IMG/VR virus record: IMGVR_UViG_3300037116_000062
Span: 6,120 to 70,119 of that record
Direction: 5' to 3' (one strand)
Origin: a virus
Length of the DNA: 64,000 nucleotides
Shown here: one piece after another, positions 1-8,069 of the stretch
Numbering within the stretch: position 1 is the first letter of the stretch
Layout of the letters: each line of letters begins with the position of its first letter
Notes under the pieces: generated by a model
The model's database searches: none
Told to the model about the DNA's origin: nothing
Seen by the model: the letters and a program-made list of their open reading frames with translations, nothing else
Position numbers and translations under genes: made by a program

Positions 1-29
1 AAACGGCGCACATAAAGCCTCCAAAAAGT

Positions 30-297
30 TTGAACCGTTTCTGTTGCTAGGTACGGTTCCAACCCCGAGCGAACTACATTCCTGCAGTCGCGCTCATCGC
101 TTTCGGCTTTTCAGTCGTAGCGGTTATTGGTTTAGTCTCCCGTAACGTGGGCAACTCATCCGACACGCAAGCAGTCTCTATTCCAAGCAATCGAATCAAT
201 TTCACCCCCACTCTAGACTTCTAATAGAAGCCCACAGTGGAGGTGGCGGGTACGACCCGCGTCTTGCCAGTATAGCTAAAGCCCTCGACGTGTGTAA
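30..297 (-). ncRNA. ssrA: Circularly permuted (two-piece) tmRNA
   Basis: On the - strand, the acceptor piece ends GACGCGGGTCGTACCCGCCACCTCCA (263-238). A 28-nt spacer follows, then the coding piece starts GGGGGTGAAATTGATTCGA (209). The acceptor stem GGGGGTG/CACCTCC has G3:U70. The tag frame follows ATAACC at 121-74. Confidence 0.9.
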
Positions 298-301
298 TTT
301 T

Positions 302-430
302 AGGGGCGTCACGCCCACCGGGATGGACTCGATAGCCCTCTGGAGTTCAGCCATATGAACCTCGCCCCAGCGTCTGACACGCTACCGACCTTCAGGGAAT
401 CCAACCCGGTGGACGTGACGTCCTCCACCA
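302..430. ncRNA. Unidentified structured RNA (~125 nt, long closing stem plus two internal hairpins)
   Basis: GGGGCGTCACGCCCACCGGG (303-322) pairs with CCCGGTGGACGTGACGTCCT (405-424). Internal hairpins are GTTCA/TGAAC and AGCGT/ACGCT. Confidence 0.55.
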
Positions 431-488
431 GTGATTTTTATGAGGGCTTGCCCAGACTTTCGTCGTGTAGTTTCCCTCTCACTATTTA

Positions 489-517
489 ACTCTATCAAAA
501 GGCGGACGTGAAGTCAA
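489..517 (-). promoter_or_regulatory. sigma70-type promoter facing the ncRNA cluster
   Basis: TTGACT-17nt-TAGAGT with an extended -10 TG. Confidence 0.6.
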
Positions 518-695
518 CATCTTTTTTCGGCATGCTTTCCCCGCAATAAATGCAGGGATTAAGCCCCTCATCCGACGCATGGTAGGGGAAGTCTTCCCAA
601 GGTACGTCCCTGAGAACGTTCCGTAGAAACTGTTTGAATCCCCACTCGCTAGTTGGTGTTTCCATAAATCCTCCTGATATGGTTTCTCGTTTCAT
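495..695 (-). CDS. Small hypothetical protein (CxxC)
   Basis: 66-aa ORF whose start overlaps the polymerase stop; CIYCG motif. Confidence 0.45.
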   Translation of the reverse strand: MKRETISGGFMETPTSEWGFKQFLRNVLRDVPWEDFPYHASDEGLNPCIYCGESMPKKDVDFTSAF

Positions 696-2686
696 TTTTT
701 ATAATAAAACCCCTCCCACCCTTCAGCGGCAAGTATAAAACCCATTCCTTCCGCCCACTCAGGGGTCGTAGTCATACATTTCAATAGTACCTCAAGGTTG
801 AAGGCGGAGTCAATGGGCACTTCCAACACTATCTCGTCGTGAATCGTCATAATCACAGTTCCGCCTGCTTTTTCGGCAAGTAGCATACCCGACAATAGGA
901 TGTCGCGCGCGATCGCCTGGACAACGTTTTCGCAGATGAGTCCGCCGTAAAGCCGCTTGATCTGCTTGCCCTTCTTGTCCCACGCCTCATATGAGACTTG
1001 CTTGCGCTTCGGCCCGCCCCACGGGGGAGCCTCCATGCTCACCTTCGGATTGTGGTAGTGGATGCACCTGCCGCTGGGCAGCTTGATCTTGAGCACGAGC
1101 GGATTGCGCCCGTCGACTATGACACCTTTCACATACACGCAGATGTTGCAATCGGTCGCGGTGACGACGGCTTTGTTCAGCGCCTCCCAGTACGCAGGGA
1201 TCTCACTATACTTCTCACGGAACGCGTTCACATACTTCTTGGACGTCGCCTCGTCGATTGTGAGCCCGAATGTGGCAGCGTAGTCGATGAACTTCTCCCA
1301 GCCCATTCCGAACCCGCAACCCAAGATGATGACCTTGCCGTTTGCGCGCTCTGCCTTCGTGATGTCCTTGTATAGCTTCTCCAACAGGAAGGCCATGATG
1401 TCCTTGTACAGATCCAGCCCGCTCGCGTACGCGCCCATCATCGTCTGGCAGCCCGCGAGGACCGCGAGAACGCGCGACTCGATTTGCGCCAAATCGCCCG
1501 CTACTAGCTTGTGCCCTGGCGCGGCAGCGAACGCGCTGCGGATGGTGGATGCGACCAGACTCATTTGGCTGTTCTTGCTGTAGATCTTCTTGCCGTTGCG
1601 GATGGCCCTTGTGTAGGTGTCTAAGAATCGTGAGACGTCCTCATCGCTCTTGTACAGATTCTGCAACTGAACTCCGCGCCCCGCCCACCGCGCGGTGTGC
1701 GCGCCATGGTAGACGAACTGGTCACGCAGCCTGCCGTCCTCACCCATGAGTGAGAGGATCTTCTCCAGCTTCTTATATGCGGACCCGCCCAGCTTCACTT
1801 TCAGTTCTAGGATTTCGCGGGCTTCGCCTTTCAGGTAGGGCAACTTCAAAGCCTCTTCAACGTGCTCCGCGTCAAGCGAATCGTACGGGTACTTCCTGTC
1901 GCGGAGCCACGGGCCGAGTTGCGCTCCTGAGTTCGGGTTCTCCAGTTCCGTGATCGCCTTCATCGCGTCTAAGATCTGATTCGACTCCGCTTCGGCCATC
2001 TTGGACGCATTGACCACGTACGGCTGGTCGATCCAAACGCCCGTCTCGTTCATCCGTTGGTCGAGCAGCCACGCGGCCTTCTCGCCCTCTGTGAATGGGC
2101 ACTTGAGAGCGATCGCGGCATCATCGACATCCCGCTCCGCGATGACGTCCTGAATACAATACTGCTTGAACTCTTCCCACTTCTCGGGGTGGGTATTCCA
2201 ATCCTTGAAGTAAAACTCGGGCGCGGTCGGGTCTTTCTTCAACACGCGTTTCATCTGTTTGGACAGAACGGAAACGATCTTCGTCAACCGATCGTCGCCG
2301 ATCAGGTGCGTCTTCTGCTCGCTCACACCCAGCGCCTGCCCCGCGCGGTGCAGTCCGACTGGCAGCGACATGTTCGCGCAGGTGATGGACGGGTCGTACC
2401 ACCGCTCTTGAGGAATGGTGATCCCGAGTTGGTACTGCAGGATGTCTTTTTCGAAGTTGTAGTTCCACGCGCACAGTTCCACGTTCGGGTCCGCTAGAAG
2501 GGCGGCCAGCTTTGCGGGCATAGGTTCGCCAAGGCAGGGCAGCCACAACTGGGGGTGGTTGCGGTCGATCGCCCAAGCGAGCATCAGGACTTCCGTCAAT
2601 TTGGACTTCGCGTACCGATCCAAGCCAACCTTTTTCAGGTCGAGCCGCGAACGAGTTTCGAAGTCTAACCATAGTCGTGTCTTCAT
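692..2686 (-). CDS. polA: Family A DNA polymerase with 3'-5' exonuclease (SPO2-like)
   Basis: Exonuclease motifs LDFETRS, AWNYNFE and YCIQDV; motif A DLAQIESR, motif B RANGKVIILGCGFG, motif C TIHDEI. Start set at ATG 2686 (GGAGG RBS). Confidence 0.95.
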   Translation of the reverse strand: MKTRLWLDFETRSRLDLKKVGLDRYAKSKLTEVLMLAWAIDRNHPQLWLPCLGEPMPAKLAALLADPNVELCAWNYNFEKDILQYQLGITIPQERWYDPSITCANMSLPVGLHRAGQALGVSEQKTHLIGDDRLTKIVSVLSKQMKRVLKKDPTAPEFYFKDWNTHPEKWEEFKQYCIQDVIAERDVDDAAIALKCPFTEGEKAAWLLDQRMNETGVWIDQPYVVNASKMAEAESNQILDAMKAITELENPNSGAQLGPWLRDRKYPYDSLDAEHVEEALKLPYLKGEAREILELKVKLGGSAYKKLEKILSLMGEDGRLRDQFVYHGAHTARWAGRGVQLQNLYKSDEDVSRFLDTYTRAIRNGKKIYSKNSQMSLVASTIRSAFAAAPGHKLVAGDLAQIESRVLAVLAGCQTMMGAYASGLDLYKDIMAFLLEKLYKDITKAERANGKVIILGCGFGMGWEKFIDYAATFGLTIDEATSKKYVNAFREKYSEIPAYWEALNKAVVTATDCNICVYVKGVIVDGRNPLVLKIKLPSGRCIHYHNPKVSMEAPPWGGPKRKQVSYEAWDKKGKQIKRLYGGLICENVVQAIARDILLSGMLLAEKAGGTVIMTIHDEIVLEVPIDSAFNLEVLLKCMTTTPEWAEGMGFILAAEGWEGFYYKK

Positions 2687-2695
2687 CCCGCCTCC

Positions 2696-2946
2696 AATCG
2701 CTGTCAACTCGAATCGAATCGCTGTCAATTCGCTGTCAAACGCTGACAGCGATTCATCTCTTGTGTTATCAACCGCTTAGGTCGAATCGCTGTCCGCTGT
2801 CATCTATATATACACATAGAAAAAAAAATTCGTCACGTATATATAGAGAAAAACTTGACAGCGATTCAAAACTTTCGTTGATTCTAAAGGTACTTAACCT
2901 CAAACGAATCGCTGTCAAACGGTTGACAGCAATCTGACAGCGATTC
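2696..2946. repeat. Putative replication origin: direct and inverted iterons around an AT-rich core
   Basis: About 10 copies of (GAAT)CGCTGTCA(A) in both orientations. The core has the inverted pair TCTATATATAC...GTATATATAGA and an A run. Confidence 0.75.
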
Positions 2947-4981
2947 AACCCTCGTTCAGCCCGAACTTCTCTGTGCCTTTGTGGGTCTTGCCGACCACCA
3001 CGATGACGCCCCCCATCAGCATAGCCTTCCACGAACGGTTGAACGTGTCCATGCCGCCGCTGCCCGCCCGATGAACGTTGCACGCGTCCTGCAGTTGCTT
3101 CTTGGTCAGGAACTCGTGCTTGCGGAGTGACCGCCGCATGCTTTGTTCCATGCGCTCGACAAGATTGCCGTCGTCCACGGGGTACAGTTCCTCACGGAGG
3201 TAGATCTCATGTTCCGCCCAGGCGATGGCGCGGCTGACCTTCTCCTCGGTGATAGTCTGGTCGTCACTGAAAATCGTCCTCAGCAACAGGTCACGCTTGA
3301 AGTGAGACTCAAGGCGGGACGTCATGCCAGCGTCGACATAGTCGATGTCCATCTTGACTTTCTTCTTGGCGAGCGCCTTCTGGAACTCCTGCCGCATGGC
3401 GTTAGCCTCGTGCGTCTCGACAGGGATCCAACGTTCGCCCGATTGGGACATAGCCGTCGTCAACTCCCCCCAGCGGACTAGCATCTTGGCCGCGAGTGCA
3501 TTGACTGCCGCCGTGTCCTGTTCGGCCCAATCGCCAATGTGAGTCACGCCATTGGTGTAGGCGAGAACGCAGCGGGACATGAACCCACTCCCCGCCGCAC
3601 CCTTACCCGTGACCACTCGATCGAACGATGCTCTCGTGAAGCCGCCCGTGAACGAGATGGAGATGTCGCTGAACTCGCCGCCCTTGTTGGACAACGATCC
3701 CGCGCTACCTTCGCTGCGGTCATACAACTCGATCATCTTCGAGAGCAGTGTCGAGTTTTGTGCGGCCCCCTTCTCGAATAGCGTCTTCATCTCATCGAAG
3801 TAGACGACGACGTTGCTGTTGTCAAACCCCTCGCTGAGGTACTTCACCATGTGCTCGCCCGACGAGAACAGTCCCGCCTTCGGCAAGCCTACGCTGGTCT
3901 TGTTGATGTAATTGAGCAACGCGGACTCGCCTGTGCGCTTCCACGATTCGCCCTTGCCAGATTCGGGGTGGGCCGAGATCAGCATTGTCCAGTGCTTCAT
4001 GTGCAGATCTTTTTGGTTCGGGAATCCGACCATACCATCTACGGACGCGCCGAGGATCGTCTTCAGTTGCGCACGAGCAAACGCGGGCGGGATGAATGTC
4101 CCGTCGGTCACGAGGTGCGTCATGTCGCCAATCCAGTCGCCGTCAATCGCTATGTTGGGCGTCTCCACCAGACCTGTGTCGAGTTTCTTGCCCTCACCGA
4201 AGAACACGACGGGCGTTGACTCCGCCGCGTCGAACTTGTTGAATGCCGCGCTCGATATTTCCTTCAACTTGTCGTCGGGATAGTTCTCGCCATCCTCGCA
4301 GTTGTTCGCCGCGAAGTTTTTCAGCGCCTCGTAAATCCCGTCTTCGTCCAAGCCCGCGTTGCGGAACTTCCCCGCCGCCGACATGATGTGGGTACGGCGG
4401 TTGCCCAGCGAGATGAGATCCCCGCCGTCGGCCTTCGTCTTGAATACAGGCTTCTCCTTCTCAGCGGCCAACGCGACGAGCCCGGGCGGCAGAGGGATGA
4501 TATCCACGTTCTTGTATATTGTATATTGCTTGCCTGAGGGGTGCCAGGATCCCGCCCCTACTACGTAACCACCAATCCCTTTGAAATCGCCCGAGGCTGT
4601 GCCGATCTGAAATTTCGTAGTGGGAACAGAGCCGCTGAAATATAAGTGCGCGCCAAATCCGTCGCGGCCAGACAGGACGGTGAACGTCTCAGGGATGCCG
4701 TGTTCTTTCTTCCACGCCTCGAATTGGGCGACGTCCTCAATACCCTTGTCTACGTCCAGCACGGTCAGGTTGGACATCCCGCAGGAGATTCCATAGTTGG
4801 CCTCTTCTCCAGCGGCCCACGGGGCGAGCGCAATCTTCGGATCACGGGTGCCTGAGTTGCAAGCATGCGGCGAGTACTTCGCGTAAGGATCCTTGCCATG
4901 GGGCATGCACGTGATGATGGCCAACCCGCGAGAGAGCGCGTCCTCAGCAGCGGCCTTCAGATCATTGACGATTTCGTTCAT
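2945..4981 (-). CDS. Bifunctional primase-polymerase fused to a P-loop helicase-like domain
   Basis: Prim-Pol motifs NYGI, VLDVD, GAHLYF and GGYVVGAGSWHPSG; PriCT-like helical region; Walker A HPESGKGES and Walker B VVYFDE. Confidence 0.88.
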   Translation of the reverse strand: MNEIVNDLKAAAEDALSRGLAIITCMPHGKDPYAKYSPHACNSGTRDPKIALAPWAAGEEANYGISCGMSNLTVLDVDKGIEDVAQFEAWKKEHGIPETFTVLSGRDGFGAHLYFSGSVPTTKFQIGTASGDFKGIGGYVVGAGSWHPSGKQYTIYKNVDIIPLPPGLVALAAEKEKPVFKTKADGGDLISLGNRRTHIMSAAGKFRNAGLDEDGIYEALKNFAANNCEDGENYPDDKLKEISSAAFNKFDAAESTPVVFFGEGKKLDTGLVETPNIAIDGDWIGDMTHLVTDGTFIPPAFARAQLKTILGASVDGMVGFPNQKDLHMKHWTMLISAHPESGKGESWKRTGESALLNYINKTSVGLPKAGLFSSGEHMVKYLSEGFDNSNVVVYFDEMKTLFEKGAAQNSTLLSKMIELYDRSEGSAGSLSNKGGEFSDISISFTGGFTRASFDRVVTGKGAAGSGFMSRCVLAYTNGVTHIGDWAEQDTAAVNALAAKMLVRWGELTTAMSQSGERWIPVETHEANAMRQEFQKALAKKKVKMDIDYVDAGMTSRLESHFKRDLLLRTIFSDDQTITEEKVSRAIAWAEHEIYLREELYPVDDGNLVERMEQSMRRSLRKHEFLTKKQLQDACNVHRAGSGGMDTFNRSWKAMLMGGVIVVVGKTHKGTEKFGLNEG

Positions 4982-5038
4982 CTAGCCTCCAAGAACTGCG
5001 AGGGCCCTGTGCGGGCCCCCGTTCGTACATTGTAGAAC

Positions 5039-5428
5039 TTAGACTTCCGCGCTCTTGCGATTCTTGAGCACGGAGGTGATGTTGGCGTAGGTGCGGCCAT
5101 CATTCTCTTTGTGCTCAATCACCACTTGGCACTTGACCCCGACCACGTCGTTGAGGTCGAACTCATCGGCGCTGCCGTCAATGCCCAGCTTGTCGAGCAG
5201 GATGCCCAGGGACGACTTGCTGGTGATGACCTTGTTCACGCTCATGACAGCGTCAACGGCATCGCCCGCCTTGTCCTTCTGGTCAAGCGCGGTGAAAACG
5301 ATGCGCGCCTTATCCTTGGTTCCGTACATCGTCTCCTGCGGGCCGAGATCATCGACTCGCGTAATAGTGACGTTGTGCAGACCTTCAGACATCAACTCGT
5401 ACTGCTTTTTCTTAATCACAAGACTCAT
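5039..5428 (-). CDS. Probable OB-fold ssDNA-binding/replication protein
   Basis: EGLH...DLG...FDLNDVVGVKCQVVIEH...YANI pattern; lies in the replication operon. Confidence 0.65.
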   Translation of the reverse strand: MSLVIKKKQYELMSEGLHNVTITRVDDLGPQETMYGTKDKARIVFTALDQKDKAGDAVDAVMSVNKVITSKSSLGILLDKLGIDGSADEFDLNDVVGVKCQVVIEHKENDGRTYANITSVLKNRKSAEV

Positions 5429-5523
5429 GGCATACCTCTTTCTGCCCTCAAAAGGGCTAGTTCGTGTACTTCGTATACAGCGTTGGTCGTACAGGTGGGA
5501 ACGGACTGCTCCCTTACTTTTCT

Positions 5524-5595
5524 AGAATAGCAGACCGCGAACCGAAAGTCAAGTGACGATTTTCGTTGACATCGGCCCACCCCCTCTGCTAGAGT
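5524..5595. promoter_or_regulatory. Back-to-back divergent sigma70 promoters
   Basis: Leftward TTGACT-17-TATTCT (5552-5524) and rightward TTGACA-18-TAGAGT (5566-5595), both with extended TG, at the strand switch. Confidence 0.7.
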
Positions 5596-5622
5596 TAAGA
5601 AGTGGAACTGAAAGGGGCACTC

Positions 5623-5817
5623 ATGAATATTGACCGCAAGACGAACCAAATCCTCAAACACGCCGACCTGTACGGTTCGGACAGCGATTTCCGCAAAATG
5701 GTCGACAACACTGTGACCCTCACCCTGGAGCAGAAGTACGCGTCCGCCCGAGTGATGGACGACACCTACGGGACTGTCGCAGTGGATGACGCCGAGCGAG
5801 GGGCTCATGGCGCGTAA
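5623..5817 (+). CDS. Hypothetical protein
   Basis: ATG with AAGGGG RBS; first ORF after the rightward promoter. Confidence 0.55.
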   Translation: MNIDRKTNQILKHADLYGSDSDFRKMVDNTVTLTLEQKYASARVMDDTYGTVAVDDAERGAHGA

Positions 5818-6022
5818 GCGTAAGAAACAGAAAGACTTGCGGGGCGTAAATCCTGAATCGGCTTCATACTGGGATGAGGTTCTACAGCGAGAAGGTCTGC
5901 AGATGGCCCGGGGGCGACACGAGAAGCTGTCCTACATCGGGTCCGCCCAGAATGTCGACTACGTGAACGACGTCGTTTCGACAAAAAACGGAAGAGTTAC
6001 CCCAAAAGGCGGAGCGGAGTAA
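5807..6022 (+). CDS. Hypothetical basic protein
   Basis: GAGGGG RBS; overlaps the previous stop. Confidence 0.55.
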   Translation: MARKRKKQKDLRGVNPESASYWDEVLQREGLQMARGRHEKLSYIGSAQNVDYVNDVVSTKNGRVTPKGGAE

Positions 6023-6379
6023 CTTTATTTTGGTTACTGATTCTAAAGGAGTTATAGGCATTTTCGAGGCGCAAAACACCCTCAAACCCTGGTGAAATCC
6101 TGTAGGGGTGAAGAGGAGAAACAAAACAGACTTTTGGCCAGCCGCGGGCCCACGGATTGAGTAGCGAATCGCAAGCTCAAACACAGTAAACCACGGCACC
6201 CATTGATCCACACGAGAAACGGTGCCCTAAGTCGCTCAAAAGGCGGCTCTCCTCCACCCGCCCAAAGCGGGAAGGGCACCGACATTGAGCCCCTCCGCCG
6301 CTCTGGCGTCGAGGGGCTCTTACTTTTCGGATTGGCCGATTTGGCTTTTTCGTCTACGACATACATTTTAGGAGGAGAC

Positions 6380-7216
6380 ATGCGCACACTTTTGGCCATT
6401 TTCAGTTGCCACCAGTACGACTACAAGCATCCGCAGTTCGTGGACTGGTTCAAGCGGCCAGTTGCCGATCGCGTGGGTGCCATCCGCGACACTTGGCTCA
6501 AGGATGTCATCGCCAGTGGCATCGATTACAAAATATTTTATGGACGCCCGCCCGCGAAACGTAGGATCGTTGACGCGCATTGGGTTGCTGACAAGAGTTT
6601 CCGTCAACCCGAAGCGGACGAAGTGTTCCTGCAGTGCCCCGACGATTATTACAATTCGGCCACCAAGATACGGCACATAGTTAACTACGCGTTGGACAAC
6701 GGGTACGAGCGGTTAGTCAAGATAGACGACGATGTCTACACCTATGTCGAGCGGTTACTCGCCAACTTACCCACTAGGTGGACAGGCGGCGGCAAACCTA
6801 ACACTCCCGCGGGCCCATGCTACATACTAAGAAAAAGTGACCTACTTCTTCTTAGAGAGAACAGCGCGCCACCTTGGGCGGAGGATGCCTGGGTAGGCAC
6901 CGTGTTACTCGGCCAAAATCAGACGCCCGTGTTTGACGACCGATACTACATCGCGCCGCAGACGCAGCACAATCAGTACATCACTGACGAAGCCCTCGCG
7001 GAGCCGAACGATTACTTCACGATCCATAGTCTGAGCCCCGAGCAGATGCGCCGACATTACAAGGAGGAGTTATGCAAAAGATTAAGTGCTCCCACTCCCC
7101 TTGCTATTGAACCCTCGGCAATCGTGCCTAGCATGACGCCGTCTTTGGTATCTCTAGGAACGTCGGTTCCTAAGGAGGAGAGCGATGCAAAGGATAAAGA
7201 CGTATCCGTCATCTAG
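6380..7216 (+). CDS. Glycosyltransferase, GT31/Fringe-like GT-A fold
   Basis: AIRDTW, DDYYNSATK, KIDDDVY and AEDAWVG motifs; AGGAGG RBS. Confidence 0.8.
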   Translation: MRTLLAIFSCHQYDYKHPQFVDWFKRPVADRVGAIRDTWLKDVIASGIDYKIFYGRPPAKRRIVDAHWVADKSFRQPEADEVFLQCPDDYYNSATKIRHIVNYALDNGYERLVKIDDDVYTYVERLLANLPTRWTGGGKPNTPAGPCYILRKSDLLLLRENSAPPWAEDAWVGTVLLGQNQTPVFDDRYYIAPQTQHNQYITDEALAEPNDYFTIHSLSPEQMRRHYKEELCKRLSAPTPLAIEPSAIVPSMTPSLVSLGTSVPKEESDAKDKDVSVI

Positions 7217-8069
7217 TATCGGATGGGACGTGGACATCAGCCATCACTTCATGCAACGCGAGGAATCAGTTTCCATTCAATGGGATGACGCGTTCAAGTT
7301 CGAAGACAAGGCGTGGTTCCGCGCGATGCACCATTGCGAACCCACGGACATCTTGAACGTCCAAGACAAACTCATCGCGAACCACAAGTTCTACGATCTG
7401 ATTATGACTTGGGACGACAGGGTGCTCAACTCCTGTCCCAACGCGAAGTTCTTGACGGAGTCGTGTTGTTCTTGGTTGCCACGCATAGTGGGCAACCCGC
7501 AGAGCCATTTCATCCCTTCGGAACATCCCAACACCGTCGTGAAATACGACGCGCCAGACACCTCCGCTAAAAGGTTTGAGGTATCCTTCCTTACTAGCTC
7601 AAAAGGTTGGGCGGTAGGGCACCAACTCCGCCAGGAGATTTACGACCGTTTGTCGACAGCCCTCTCCACCCCCGCGGGCACGCTTCCGATTTGGAAGCAT
7701 CGCAGTCCGCCCCGCATTGATGATAAGCGGGTGATTCTTGAACCCGTTCAGTTCAGTATCGTGCCCGAGAACTCACGGCACAACGGGTACTACACGGAGA
7801 AGATCGTCGACTGCTTCATCGCGAAGACCATCCCTATTTACTGGGGATGCCCCAGCATCGGGAAACATTTCAACCTTGACGGGATCATTCAGTTCGAGAA
7901 CTACGATGACCTCGTTGTGAAATTGCAAAGCCTGACACCAGACTTTTACCACGACAGAGAACCTGCTATTGAGGAAAATTTCCGTCGGGCATTGCAAGGC
8001 ACGCCACAGTGGACGCTGATAGAGAATTATCTCACTGAGGGTATCGCGGAGAAACATCGGAGGGGCTAA
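7185..8069 (+). CDS. Glycosyltransferase family 10 (alpha-1,3-fucosyltransferase-like)
   Basis: FSIVPENS...YYTEKIVDCF...TIPIYWG GT10 signature. Confidence 0.88.
   Translation: MQRIKTYPSSSIGWDVDISHHFMQREESVSIQWDDAFKFEDKAWFRAMHHCEPTDILNVQDKLIANHKFYDLIMTWDDRVLNSCPNAKFLTESCCSWLPRIVGNPQSHFIPSEHPNTVVKYDAPDTSAKRFEVSFLTSSKGWAVGHQLRQEIYDRLSTALSTPAGTLPIWKHRSPPRIDDKRVILEPVQFSIVPENSRHNGYYTEKIVDCFIAKTIPIYWGCPSIGKHFNLDGIIQFENYDDLVVKLQSLTPDFYHDREPAIEENFRRALQGTPQWTLIENYLTEGIAEKHRRG

Noticed and set aside
302-430. 4.5S SRP RNA or 6S RNA
   Set aside because: There is no SRP domain IV (CAGG..GNRA..AGCA) motif. It is too short for 6S and has no symmetric central bubble.
430-483. Hammerhead ribozyme
   Set aside because: GAAA is present but the CUGAnGA core is not.
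2696-2946. CRISPR array
   Set aside because: The repeats are ~12 bp, in both orientations and irregularly spaced, and there are no cas genes. An origin fits better.
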